Virus record (IMG/VR): IMGVR_UViG_3300008516_000204
Coordinates: 42,112 to 106,111 of that record
Direction: 5' to 3' (one strand)
Length of the DNA stretch: 64,000 nucleotides
Source: a virus
In this document: positions 20,219-31,063 of the stretch, piece by piece
Layout of the letters: the number at the start of each line of letters is the position of its first letter
Numbering within the stretch: position 1 is the first letter of the stretch
The notes under the pieces: generated by a model
Databases searched by the model: none
Seen by the model: the letters and a program-made list of their open reading frames with translations, nothing else
What the model was told of the DNA's origin: nothing
Made by a program: the position numbers and the translations under genes

Positions 20219-20553
20219 GTTTTTATTGCAAATCCTGCGGACTTGCTCCAAAAGGAGTGAAGCAACAGAAGGTAGTAACCAAGGCGAGAAATGTAAAATA
20301 CCTTTTTCGCAATATCTATCTCAGTAGGCAGATCGATAACATTACTGGTATCCCCAAACTTATCCCCTCAGCTCCTAAAGTCGTGAAAGAAACCTCTGGA
20401 TTTGAGATAATTGAACAGACTATCTACTGTCCTAAATGTGCACCAGAGGATGACAAACCCGAAGTTGTGGGAACAGTTAATAGGTATATCGACAGAACCG
20501 TTTATGTGAGGGACAGGGAAAAGAGAGGGATGTTTAGCAGGAGGAGAAGGTAA
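20215..20553 (+). CDS. zinc-binding phage protein
   Basis: N-terminal CKSC and C-terminal CPKC, G.EII motif. Confidence 0.6.
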   Translation: MSFYCKSCGLAPKGVKQQKVVTKARNVKYLFRNIYLSRQIDNITGIPKLIPSAPKVVKETSGFEIIEQTIYCPKCAPEDDKPEVVGTVNRYIDRTVYVRDREKRGMFSRRRR

Positions 20554-20708
20554 GATGTATGGACATATCCAATGCAATAAGCATACAAGGCAGTTTCCCG
20601 AACTGGGAATTCGAATTGAATATTTTCGTCGAACTAAAGGTAGAAAGATTCATATGACTGTATCTCTATGGACTATCAGAATATATCTTTTTATATAAGG
20701 AGAAATAA

Positions 20709-21728
20709 ATGGGAGAACTTGAAAAAATTATCAATGAAATAAATAAACAGTATCCAGGCTCGGTTATGCGACTCGGAAAATGTGCCTATACCAAGAAGAA
20801 ACGGGTTTCCACTGGCTCTTTTGCGCTTGATATGGCGACTGGTGGAGGCATACCAGAAGGGAGCATAATCGAGATGTTTGGCCCATTATCTTCGGGAAAA
20901 ACATTTTCGGCACTCAAACTGGTCGCCGAAGTCCAGAAAATCGGAAGAAAGGCAGCATATATCGATTTGGAAAACGCCATCGATTTGGAGTGGTGCGAAA
21001 AATTGGGGGTAAACAACAAAGAGCTGATTATATCCCAACCTTCTTCGGCAGAACAGGCGATAGATACCGTTGACAAGTTGGTTAGAAGCAGAGAATTGGG
21101 GATTATTGTGATTGACAGCTTGGCGAGTATGACCCCGCTAGTAGAGATAGAAAGCTCGGCTGAAGACCAGCAAATGGGAGTCGCTGCCCGTCTCGCCAAC
21201 AAAATGGTTCGGAAGGTTCAATCGGCACTGCAACCAGTTGATTTGGGAAAGGGAGAATCTTATAATAGGTGTATCGTTGTCTTCATTAACCAGATTAGGA
21301 TGAAAATCGGAGTGCTATATGGTAATCCTGAAACCACGCCTTGTGGAAAAGGTGTTGGATTTTGTGCTGCTATTCGGATTAGATTAAGCAGAAAAGAATG
21401 GCTTCAGGAAGGAACTGGCGTGAATAAAAAGACTGTTGGGCAGGTTGTCGCCTTCAAGACGGTTAAGAACAAGACCTATGAGCCATTCAGAGTGGGAACT
21501 TTCAACATTTATTTCAAGGATGGTTCAATAGACAATTATGCAAGCATCATTCAGTATGGAATATTCTATGAGTATATTAAGAGGGCAGGGGCGATTTATA
21601 CTTTTGAGAAGAAAAAATTTAAAGGCAAGGTTGCCTTAATCAATCATTTAAAGGCTCATCCTAAATTGGTTGGAAAACTCAAGACCGATATAAAGAAAGC
21701 ACTGTTTAGAGGAAATGAAGAAGAATAA
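20709..21728 (+). CDS. recA: RecA recombinase
   Basis: STGS..LD, GPLSSGKT Walker A, IVIDSLA, FINQIR.KIG..YGNPETT, VKNK. Confidence 0.97.
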   Translation: MGELEKIINEINKQYPGSVMRLGKCAYTKKKRVSTGSFALDMATGGGIPEGSIIEMFGPLSSGKTFSALKLVAEVQKIGRKAAYIDLENAIDLEWCEKLGVNNKELIISQPSSAEQAIDTVDKLVRSRELGIIVIDSLASMTPLVEIESSAEDQQMGVAARLANKMVRKVQSALQPVDLGKGESYNRCIVVFINQIRMKIGVLYGNPETTPCGKGVGFCAAIRIRLSRKEWLQEGTGVNKKTVGQVVAFKTVKNKTYEPFRVGTFNIYFKDGSIDNYASIIQYGIFYEYIKRAGAIYTFEKKKFKGKVALINHLKAHPKLVGKLKTDIKKALFRGNEEE

Positions 21729-21862
21729 ATTAGTTATATACGGCTGTCCCCATTGCAGAGAATATTTGTGCAAATGTGATTATTATAGATACTGTATGTA
21801 TTGTGGCAAATCCTATGATAAGAATAAATTGATAATTTTGAAGACTATAACTTGGGAGGATT

Positions 21863-22330
21863 TTGGTTGTGAATAAATCCTGTTCTAACTGTGGATTTGA
21901 AATTAATGGCTATTGTCCAGAACATAGAATAAAAACAAAAGTAGTTCCAAAGGCTTGTCCTTCTTGGAAACGAAAGTCTACTACCAAGCAATTTTACGAT
22001 AAGAAAAGAAGACAAAAAATCAGAAAGAAATCTATCAAGCAGGAAAACCAAGTCGCACGGGAAGTCGGAGGCAGAAGGCAACCGATGAGTGGTGCAGGCT
22101 ATCACAAGGGCGATGTCAAATCCAAACTGCGGTTAATCGAGATAAAGTTTACTGATAAGAATAGTTATGCTCTTAAGCGAGAGGTATTGGAAAAGATTTT
22201 TTACGAGGCGGTATATGAGGATAGGGAATTGCCATATCTTCAAATTAGAATGGGAATGAAAAATTATTGTGTAGTATTAAAAGACGATTTGGAAGCGATA
22301 ATTCGAGAACTTAAGGAAAGCAGAAAATGA
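21863..22330 (+). CDS. PD-(D/E)xK Holliday junction resolvase-like nuclease
   Basis: QE..VA...GG..QP.SGA...KGDV...IEIK. Confidence 0.75.
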   Translation: MVVNKSCSNCGFEINGYCPEHRIKTKVVPKACPSWKRKSTTKQFYDKKRRQKIRKKSIKQENQVAREVGGRRQPMSGAGYHKGDVKSKLRLIEIKFTDKNSYALKREVLEKIFYEAVYEDRELPYLQIRMGMKNYCVVLKDDLEAIIRELKESRK

Positions 22331-22379
22331 AAAAATGTCCAGAATGTGGTATTTTCGATTCTGAAATTGGCAAATTTCT

Positions 22380-23147
22380 ATGAAAAGGTATAAAAGAAAC
22401 AGAGAAGTTAAACATTATAATGTGAAAAAGAATAATCCTATGTTTGGATATGATAAATATAATATAACCAAAGAATTTTTTGTTCAAGAATATAGCAAAA
22501 ATAAGAAATTGCAAAATGAGATAGCAAGAAAAATAGGATGTAGTTCTACTTATATAAGAGATAAATTGATTAAATATAATATCCCCATTAGAACTAAAAG
22601 TGAGACAATGAAAGGAAAAAATAAAGGTAAAGAGGCTAATAGGTATAACCCAGAAAGACATAAGACACATTATTGTAAAGAATTAAACTGTAATAACGAA
22701 ATAACTTATAGTGGTTGGAAATATTATGGTGGTAGATGCAAATCTTGTGCAAGTAAAAGAGAGACAAAAAAACTCTGGCAAAATGAAAAATTTAGAGAAA
22801 AAGTTACCAGAGCTATTTTTAAGGCTTCTAAAATAAAACCAAATAAACCAGAGAAAAAATTAAATAGATTGCTTCAAAAATTATTACCAGAAAAGTATAG
22901 ATATGTTGGTGCTGGTCAAATAATTTTAGGGGGTTTTAATCCAGATTTCATTAACTGCAATGGACAAAAGAAAATTATAGAACTTTATGGTAATTATTGG
23001 CATAATCTTCCAGCATATAAGAAAAGAGATAAAAGAAGATTGGTTACCTATAAAAAATATGGCTATAAAACTTTAGTCATATGGCAATATGAACTAAAAG
23101 ACATGAATAGATTAATAGAAAAAATACTACAATTTAATGGAGAATAA
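22380..23147 (+). mobile_element. free-standing homing endonuclease (HTH + Cys module + Vsr/DUF559-like nuclease)
   Basis: KPNKPE, NPDFIN, IIELYGNYWH, RDK.R, VIW..E; paralog of 58034..58798. Confidence 0.8.
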
Positions 23148-23398
23148 AATGAAATATAAAATATGTCCAAAATGTAAAACAGAGTTGAGTCTATTGGGAA
23201 TATTATATAAAAGGAAATACCCTCATTATCTATGCCCCAAGTGCCATATAGATTATTTAGAAGTCCCTACATTTGGAGGAAAGACATTAATCGTTAGTCG
23301 AGAATTTCACGAAGCAGTTAAATACATAATTGAACAAAATAGAGAGCTATTACAAATGTTATCAGATCACGATGGACATCCAAGGGAGGAAAAATAGT

Positions 23399-23581
23399 AT
23401 GGCAAGATTAGGAGGGCATTCAAAGCAACCAGCAGCTCAAAGGTATAAGGCTGGAAATCGAAGATATAATAATAAGATAAGAAAGGCAAAAAGGAGATAT
23501 AAGAACTGCCCTAAATTGCTTCAGTATATCCTTGAAAATATCAAGGAGCTACCTCGTCGGTTCAAAGGAGGAAATCAATGA
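23399..23581 (+). CDS. small basic protein
   Basis: GGAGG RBS upstream of ATG 23399; Arg/Lys-rich, 60 aa. Confidence 0.55.
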   Translation: MARLGGHSKQPAAQRYKAGNRRYNNKIRKAKRRYKNCPKLLQYILENIKELPRRFKGGNQ

Positions 23582-23922
23582 GTTTAAGAAAACCAATACT
23601 TAAAGTAACAAAAGAATGTCCTAAATGTAAAGGATCTGGTCAAAAAACGATTAAAACAAAAAGAACTGATTCATATTTTGAAGCAGATGGAATATTAGGA
23701 AAATATGTGTATATTATTATTGATTGTCCAAGATGTAAAGGAATTGGTAGAGTAGACATTAAACAAACTAATCCAAGATTTAAAAAGTATTATAAAAAGG
23801 ATTTAGAAGAACGAATAGACGATTTGACAACAGAATATAGAAATGCTAAAGAAGAAGCATATAAAATAGGAGAAGAACTTGCTAAACATTGTAAAGAATT
23901 AGATAAGGTGGTGAATAAGTAA
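23578..23922 (+). CDS. DnaJ-type zinc finger protein
   Basis: CPKCKGSG and CPRCKGIG (CxxCxGxG twice). Confidence 0.7.
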   Translation: MSLRKPILKVTKECPKCKGSGQKTIKTKRTDSYFEADGILGKYVYIIIDCPRCKGIGRVDIKQTNPRFKKYYKKDLEERIDDLTTEYRNAKEEAYKIGEELAKHCKELDKVVNK

Positions 23923-24151
23923 TGGCCTACGGGATTTTCACGAAGATAAACATATTTGTTCGCAATATATTGCTCGGCCTGATCGCTTTTCTTCTGGGGA
24001 GATTGGTTTATGTCCTCTTTTTATTAGGGATTCAGTTAGCAGACACCCAAAAAATAATTAATGGAATGTTTGAGATTATGGAGGCTATAGCTAAAAGGCT
24101 TCGTGTGTAGATATAGAAAAAGAGAAAGAATTTTTAATTAGGAAGGAAATA

Positions 24152-24724
24152 TTGGTGAAAAAGTTTACAAAAAAACTTTCGTTGATTACAAGTATCGCAG
24201 TAGGATTATTACTATCTTTATTTGTGCTAATTAATTTATCTGCTTCTGAACCGACTATAGATGAAGTTAAAAAGGAATTGAATGGAGATCCTTATAAAAT
24301 TGCACAATGGATGGGTAGGAATATTAGAACATCAAAGGATAGTATAGGTTATTCTCAACCAGCTAAATACACTTACAAATATAAAAAAGGTGATTGTGAG
24401 GATTTTGCCATTCTTGCTCGTCATTTTATTGGGGATAAATACGAAACCCATTTAGTAGTATGGACTGGAAAATTTAGAGAAGATTCTAAATTCTATAAAA
24501 AATACAAGGCTAAAAAGATATGCCACGCAGTAGTAGCCATTAAGTTACATGTAAACAATTGGGGAATTATAGACCAAGATAAATATATTCCCAATGGCAG
24601 AACTCTAGCAGCTATAATTAAGATTAATTGCGATTTAAGAAGAATTAAAGTGACAGGAGCTTATATAGCAGATTTATATAGATTTAGGAATAAAATAATT
24701 AAAGAGATAGATTTAGATGAATAA
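24152..24724 (+). CDS. membrane-anchored transglutaminase-like cysteine protease, copy 2
   Basis: TM anchor; GDCEDF, ICHAVV, IIDQ; collinear with 3037..3627. Confidence 0.75.
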   Translation: MVKKFTKKLSLITSIAVGLLLSLFVLINLSASEPTIDEVKKELNGDPYKIAQWMGRNIRTSKDSIGYSQPAKYTYKYKKGDCEDFAILARHFIGDKYETHLVVWTGKFREDSKFYKKYKAKKICHAVVAIKLHVNNWGIIDQDKYIPNGRTLAAIIKINCDLRRIKVTGAYIADLYRFRNKIIKEIDLDE

Positions 24725-25158
24725 ATTACATGTATTGGAAACTATATTAGTAATAAGCACTTTTGCCTTATCACTGATAGTGCTATTTAATTACTTAGCT
24801 CCCCCTAAAATACAGACTGATCCAACTTCCGAAGAGATGAGAGATGAAATTATTAGGCAATTGAAAGAGAAAGGAGAAATAGTATGATAAATATATTTAA
24901 GTGTGCTTGTGGAACTCATTTGGTAGAAATAAGTTATGAAAATGTAACTGAATGGACTCATATGAAAACTAAGAAGAAATCTAAAAAGAATATTCCCGAT
25001 TTATGGATTGGAATTTATGATATCTATAATCCTAAGACTGGAAGAAAATATAGAAAGCCCAAATTAATCGCTGACACTATATTTTACGGCAAAACTTTAG
25101 GTTTTGTTATGAAATTCTTAGAAGATATAGTCATGCAATATATAATAAGGAAGAAATA

Positions 25159-25425
25159 ATGAAAACATTAGCGGACATTCTCATATATGTTGCAGGGCTC
25201 CTGTGGGCTATTGAATGTCTGCCTCAGATTTTCAAACTGTTGCGAACCAGAGAAACTCGTGGCTTGAGCTTGGTGTTCTTTATAATATGTTTGACCGCCT
25301 ATATTTTGTTCATTGCAGGAAATATGATGCTTAAAAATTACTCCATAGTGATAGCCAATTCGCTCCCCTTCACATTGATGGGGGTTATAGTATTTTTGAT
25401 AATGAAATATCGGAGAAAGAAATGA
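25159..25425 (+). CDS. PQ-loop / SemiSWEET-like membrane protein
   Basis: LPQIFK...T.GLS, IAN motif; three TM helices, 88 aa. Confidence 0.85.
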   Translation: MKTLADILIYVAGLLWAIECLPQIFKLLRTRETRGLSLVFFIICLTAYILFIAGNMMLKNYSIVIANSLPFTLMGVIVFLIMKYRRKK

Positions 25426-25994
25426 ACATATGGTTCGTAAGCGATACGCACTTTTCGCATGCCAACATTATAAAATACTGCAATCGCCCATTTAAGTCTT
25501 TGGAGCAGATGGACAAAATCATAATCCGAAACTGGAACGAGCGAGTAAAGCCCGATGATTTGGTTTTCGAACTCGGCGATTTCAACTTCAAAAATTCTGC
25601 TGGAGGGAAAAAGGGCGAGGGAACGACTATGAAAGCCAGCGATTATGAAAAGCGGTTGAATGGCAAGATTGTCCATATTCGAGGCAACCACAGTTGCAAC
25701 AATGGATGCAAGACGCCGATAGAGAAAATAGCCATTAAGTTCGGAGGGCATAGAATTAACTTGGTACACAATCCCGAACATGCAGATTTGAGCTTCCCCA
25801 TAAACTTCGTCGGCCATGTCCATAATACTTGGAAGTTCAAAAGAATACATAAGGGATTGGGACACACCGATTTAGTCAATACAGGTGTAGATTGTTGGTC
25901 ATTTCGCCCTGTATCATTTGAAGAAATTATGAAAGAATATAATTTATGGCTAAAAAAGAAAATCAATGATAAAGGAAAAAAATATAATGTTTAA
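25422..25994 (+). CDS. calcineurin-like metallophosphoesterase
   Basis: SDTHF.H, LGDF, GNH(S), GHVH, GVD. Confidence 0.88.
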   Translation: MNIWFVSDTHFSHANIIKYCNRPFKSLEQMDKIIIRNWNERVKPDDLVFELGDFNFKNSAGGKKGEGTTMKASDYEKRLNGKIVHIRGNHSCNNGCKTPIEKIAIKFGGHRINLVHNPEHADLSFPINFVGHVHNTWKFKRIHKGLGHTDLVNTGVDCWSFRPVSFEEIMKEYNLWLKKKINDKGKKYNV

Positions 25995-26628
25995 AAAAGG
26001 ATATGTTCCTTGGAATAAAGGAAAGAAAAGATCTAAAAAAACTAAGGAAAAAATAAGTGATTCTCACAAAGGTAAGCATCATACAATAAAAACTCGCAGA
26101 AAAATGAGCAAAACTCATAAAGGAAAACAACAGAGCAAAGAAACTAAAAAGAAAATTAAAAAAGCAAATATTAAATTTTTTAAAAATCATCCAGAAAGTA
26201 GGAGAAAAGAAAACAACGGTTTTTATAATAAACAGCACACAGAAAAGTCCAAACAAAAAATGAGAAGAAATCTTCCTAATAGATCAGGCAAAAACAACGC
26301 TAACTTTGGTAATCATAAATTAAAAGGACATAAACTAACTCCTGAACAATGTGAAAAAATTAGAAGAAATAAATTAGGGAATAAATATAATTTAGGCCAT
26401 AAACACTCAAACAAATCTAAACAAAAAATGAGAAAAACTTTACGAAAACATCATATATATCTAATAGAAAATTCTGATAAAGTTATGTTGTTACCCGTTG
26501 GAAAACATATACAATTACATAATAGAGCTTATCATTATCTCTATTATAAATACGGTAAAAAGGGGATTAATAATTATATTAAATGGTTTGATAAAAAGTA
26601 TGGGTTAAAAGAGAGGAGCCAAGAATGA
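25966..26628 (+). mobile_element. NUMOD3-repeat, HNH-like free-standing homing endonuclease
   Basis: PWNKG, repeated H/S.ET..K(I/M)S NUMOD3 units; C-terminal KHHIYL.EN...H.QLH. Confidence 0.75.
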
Positions 26629-26803
26629 AAATAACATTCGAGTTTGACGAGAATAATCGGGTAGTAAAAGAAACAACTGCCGAAACCATTGATGAAGTCA
26701 TAGACGAGATTGTTGATTTATTGGTGGCTTTCGGTTTTACCAGCGAAACCGTCAAGAATGGAGTATTGGCAAAAGCAGAAGAGATTCAAGAGGGGAATGA
26801 AAA

Positions 26804-27001
26804 ATGCCGACTAAATTCTTCAAAATCAAATGGGATTCTGGAGTCAATCTTACAGAATATAATGTAAAGCGGGCTTTGAAACAGTATTTTTACTACGAGT
26901 TTAAGGTAAGAGAACTTTTAAAATTCCCGAAAGCTGTCTTGAATTTGGTCAAGGATAAGATAAAAGATGCGAAGTATAATATCAAGAGGAAAAGGAGATG
27001 A
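26804..27001 (+). CDS. hypothetical protein, paralog A
   Basis: MPTKFFKIKWDSG..LT..NV.RALK..F..EF. Confidence 0.65.
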   Translation: MPTKFFKIKWDSGVNLTEYNVKRALKQYFYYEFKVRELLKFPKAVLNLVKDKIKDAKYNIKRKRR

Positions 27002-27339
27002 AAATGAATTTAAACTGGCAGATATGTAAGACCAACGTACCAGAATTTGGTATCTCTTTTTATACGCTTGTTGATAGGATATTTGTGATGCAGATAGGAT
27101 TGTACAATAGATTTTTAGAAATTAGGCTTGGATAAAAACCATTAAGAAGGAGAAATAATGCCTAAAATATATTATAGATGTTCAGCATGCCATAGAAAAT
27201 ATACTGAAAAAGAATTATTTCCTGATACTATATGTGGTAATTGTTGTGGTAGACTTTATAAGTGTCAACATAATTATTGGTGGGAATTACTTTATTTAAC
27301 AATAAGAGATTTAGTTAGAAACTTGAAAAGGAGGTAGAA

Positions 27340-27537
27340 ATGCCCAGTAAAACTTTTAAGGTTACATGGAATTCTGGCTCGGCTCTAACAAAAGACAATG
27401 TTAGACGAGCCTTGAAGCATCATTTTGCAACTGAGTTTGAGATAGAGGAAGTAAAGGAAGCACCAACAGTAAGCTTGGACTTATTAAAAACTGATAAGCC
27501 AAAAAAGAAAAGACGTAAGAAATATACTGTATTATAA
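27340..27537 (+). CDS. hypothetical protein, paralog B
   Basis: MPSKTFKVTWNSG..LT..NV.RALK..F..EF. Confidence 0.65.
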   Translation: MPSKTFKVTWNSGSALTKDNVRRALKHHFATEFEIEEVKEAPTVSLDLLKTDKPKKKRRKKYTVL

Positions 27538-27796
27538 CAGGAGGTGGAAATGAATATTCTTGAAATAAAAAACCATCCGAAGTATAATAGCAAATCTTTG
27601 AGAATTCACTTGAGTCAAGAAGAAATAAAGAGTTTGTCTTTAAAAATAATTTCTGAAAATGAATTAAGGAATTTAGAATGTGAAGCCGACTTTAATCCCA
27701 CTTACTTTTATAAAGAACGAATGGAAATAAATATTGGAGAAGTTGGTCATGATTTAGAATATAGATATATCATTAAGTAAAGTAAAGGATAAAACT

Positions 27797-28807
27797 GTGG
27801 CACGAATTGTCGCTATAGCAGATTTGCACATAGATTACTCCAGACGCTTCAAGGACACTTTAAATGTTATGAAGCAGATATTGGATTTTGCCATTCTCAA
27901 AAAGGCGAATTATCTTATGATAGCGGGCGACATCTACCAATATAAGCGACCCAGAAATGTTGAAAGGCACGCTTTTGAAACTTGGGTTCTTCGGTTCGTG
28001 GAGAACAAGATAAAGGTTGTGATGATACCTGGACTCAAGGGAAAGCACGATTTTGACAAGAACATATCGGTTGTTGACGAATTTAACAACTTAAATATAC
28101 GGGGTGTACAGGTACTCAATAATGGCGATGTCTTTATAACTCGTGATAATATTCGTGTTAAATTATGGCATATTTTGGTCAGAGAGGCAAAATTAGGGGC
28201 TTTGGGGTACAGCCTCGCTTCTGCCCAAAATCTTTCAATACAGGCAATCCTCACCACAAATCGGGGTATTTCAGGGGATGATGCTGACATTTTCCTGCTT
28301 GGGCACATACACAAAGCCCAAATACTAAATAGAGACCCATTTATGTGTTATCTTGGGAGCATAGACCACATTGATTTTGCCGAAAGAAACGAGCATAAGT
28401 ATCTGCTATATATGGACATAACCAAGGACAAGGACAATATAGTCCACAATAATTACAAGTTTTATCACCTGAAAACCCGCCCAATGATACAGTTTGATAT
28501 TCACACTATCGAGGAATTGGAAAATGTGGATATAGATAAGGTCAACGAGGCGATTGTCAAGGTTGTTTTCCATTGCAAGAGAGAGGACAAGGACAAATTT
28601 GACTGGGAGCTGATACAGCAGAAATTTAACGGGGCTTACACTTATACTGTGCATTATGATTATATTAAACTTAAGAGAACAAGGAATAGGAACATAAATG
28701 AGAGGATTAGCCCAGCACAGGCTTTTTTGCAATATGGCAGAGAGAAAAAATTGGAACGAGACGTAATCAAAAGGGGATTAGAGATAATAGAGGGCAAAAA
28801 TGCTTAG
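27797..28807 (+). CDS. sbcD: SbcD/Mre11-like nuclease
   Basis: ADLH, AGD, (K)HD, LGHIH, Y.GS...DF.E. Confidence 0.88.
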   Translation: MARIVAIADLHIDYSRRFKDTLNVMKQILDFAILKKANYLMIAGDIYQYKRPRNVERHAFETWVLRFVENKIKVVMIPGLKGKHDFDKNISVVDEFNNLNIRGVQVLNNGDVFITRDNIRVKLWHILVREAKLGALGYSLASAQNLSIQAILTTNRGISGDDADIFLLGHIHKAQILNRDPFMCYLGSIDHIDFAERNEHKYLLYMDITKDKDNIVHNNYKFYHLKTRPMIQFDIHTIEELENVDIDKVNEAIVKVVFHCKREDKDKFDWELIQQKFNGAYTYTVHYDYIKLKRTRNRNINERISPAQAFLQYGREKKLERDVIKRGLEIIEGKNA

Positions 28808-29289
28808 TTACACATATCATTTCTATAATCAGACAGATGTATATTTCTTTTCAAAGGGACTTAGCATACCTTCAATCTGGATTGCTTGGCTACCATCGTT
28901 TTATAGATTATCATTAGTAAATATTGGAAGTTGGAGTTTGGCAGCAAAATTAAATTTAGTAGAGGCGATAAAATGAAAAAGAAAATAGGCTCGTTTACTA
29001 TAAAAATAACAGCAAAATACCTTATCCTTCGAACAGACAATCATATTGTGTTCGGTATGCGATGGATAAACTCTTGGCGTTTGATTGCTTTGGCTATTTG
29101 CAAAGGTGGAGGTTATGCAATGGGTCCCGCTTTATTAAATTTCGGATTATCATTTGGTCCATTATTTTGGATGGATGCTGTTGGTGTAGATTTAAGGTTA
29201 GAAATATTGGGTAAGGGATTTACTTACAGAAAATTCAGATATTGTGAAAGACCAGAGATGATTCCACAAGAACAGTTTGAGATAATAAA

Positions 29290-30945
29290 ATGAACATAAC
29301 CAAAATAAAACTACATAACTTCCTCTCGCATAAGAATACCGAACTAAATCTCGACAGGGATGGTTTATATCTTATTCTTGGCAAGAACAAATTAACTGGG
29401 TTATCAAACGGAAGCGGAAAAACCAGTTTGATAGTAGACTCAATAGAATACTGCTTGTTTGGCAGTTCAAACCGATGTATCACCGCTGGCGATAATCTCA
29501 TTACCGATAATTTTGATAAGATGTCAGTTGAAATTACCTTTATAAAAAACAATAAGCGTAGTATTGTATTGCGAAAAAGAACACGAGGCAAATCTACTAA
29601 GCTCACCATAAACGGAAAATCTGGCAATAGTATAAAGGAAACGCAACGAGCTTTAGAAAAGATTATAGGAATGAATTATGAGACCTTTCGACATTCGGTA
29701 GGATTTGAGCAAGGTAAAATGAATTCTTTTTCTGAACTTGATCCAGCAGATGCTAAAAAAGTCTTAATGCACATATTGCAGTTGGACAAATATGATGGCT
29801 ACTATAAGAAGGCGAAAGAGCTTGGCGATGCTTTAAAATCCAAGCACAGCGAAATAGAAATGGAACTTTCCCTATTAGAAGATACCACTGCTTCGCCAAA
29901 TACTGAAAGTCGCAAAGATACTGAAGATCGCATTAAAGTAGTTCAGAAACAACTCTCCAAGATAGAGAGGGGCTATAAAAGATATTTAGAAATAGAAAGC
30001 CAGCGAGAAAAAATCAAGAAACAAGTAAACGAATTAGAAAGTAAACAATATCACGCTACTCAAGAGATTTCCCGATTAAAAAGAAAAGCAGGCGACTTCA
30101 AACAATTAGGAAAATGTCCAACCTGCCTTCAAGAAGTTGGAACAGATTATAAGAAGGATATTTTAAAGGGTATTCGTGCCGAAGAACTAAAGCAACAGCA
30201 AATTGCAGATAAATTGGATATTCAGACGAGGAAAAAACGAGCTACATTGCCTAAATCCATATCCGATGAGGTAGAACAGTTAAGAGGAGAAGACAACGAA
30301 CTACGAGAGGAATTGGGCAACCTAAAGACCAAGATGGTATCCATTGAGGAAACTGCCAAAGAACTTGTCAGAGTCAAAAAGAAGAAAGCAACCCTTACTC
30401 AAAACAAAAAACTCATTTTCAATAAAATGAACGATTATTCGCTTTTAATGGACGCTTTCGGCAAGAATGGGATACAGGTATATATCATAGACAACATAAT
30501 CCCCGAAATCCAGAACATCGCTAATGACATAATTGGCAGGATTACCGATTTGCAGCTCAATATGCAAACGCAGAAGGTGCTGAAAAATAAGAAGGAAGCC
30601 GAAACCCTTGATATAATCATATCGGATTCAAGCGGGGACAAGTCTTATTATAATTACTCTGGTGGCGAGAAAACTTTGATTGATTTTGCATTGAGGATTG
30701 CCCTATCGGTCATCTTGTCGAGACGAAGCGGGACACAGATTGAAACACTGATATTGGACGAGCCATTCGGTAGTTTGGACGCACAGAACAAGGCGAAGGT
30801 GATGTCGGCGATAAGCTATGTTAAAAATAAGTTTCAGTTTAAGAAAATATTTCTGATTACCCACGATTATGAGTTGCAAGAGAACTGCGAAAATGTGATT
30901 GAGGTTGTTAAGGATAGAACAGGTAGTTTTATCAGGGAGGATTAA
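29290..30945 (+). CDS. sbcC: SbcC/Rad50-like SMC ATPase
   Basis: NFLSH, NGSGKT, zinc hook CPTC, YSGGE signature, LDEPFGSLD, ITH. Confidence 0.93.
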   Translation: MNITKIKLHNFLSHKNTELNLDRDGLYLILGKNKLTGLSNGSGKTSLIVDSIEYCLFGSSNRCITAGDNLITDNFDKMSVEITFIKNNKRSIVLRKRTRGKSTKLTINGKSGNSIKETQRALEKIIGMNYETFRHSVGFEQGKMNSFSELDPADAKKVLMHILQLDKYDGYYKKAKELGDALKSKHSEIEMELSLLEDTTASPNTESRKDTEDRIKVVQKQLSKIERGYKRYLEIESQREKIKKQVNELESKQYHATQEISRLKRKAGDFKQLGKCPTCLQEVGTDYKKDILKGIRAEELKQQQIADKLDIQTRKKRATLPKSISDEVEQLRGEDNELREELGNLKTKMVSIEETAKELVRVKKKKATLTQNKKLIFNKMNDYSLLMDAFGKNGIQVYIIDNIIPEIQNIANDIIGRITDLQLNMQTQKVLKNKKEAETLDIIISDSSGDKSYYNYSGGEKTLIDFALRIALSVILSRRSGTQIETLILDEPFGSLDAQNKAKVMSAISYVKNKFQFKKIFLITHDYELQENCENVIEVVKDRTGSFIRED

Positions 30946-31063
30946 ATGAAAATCTATTTCCACAAATATGTCGTAGAATGGCTACTAAGATACCTACCAG
31001 ATATGTTTAGGAGGTATTATCTTGATTATATTAATGCAACAACTTACGAAATGAGGAGGAAAG

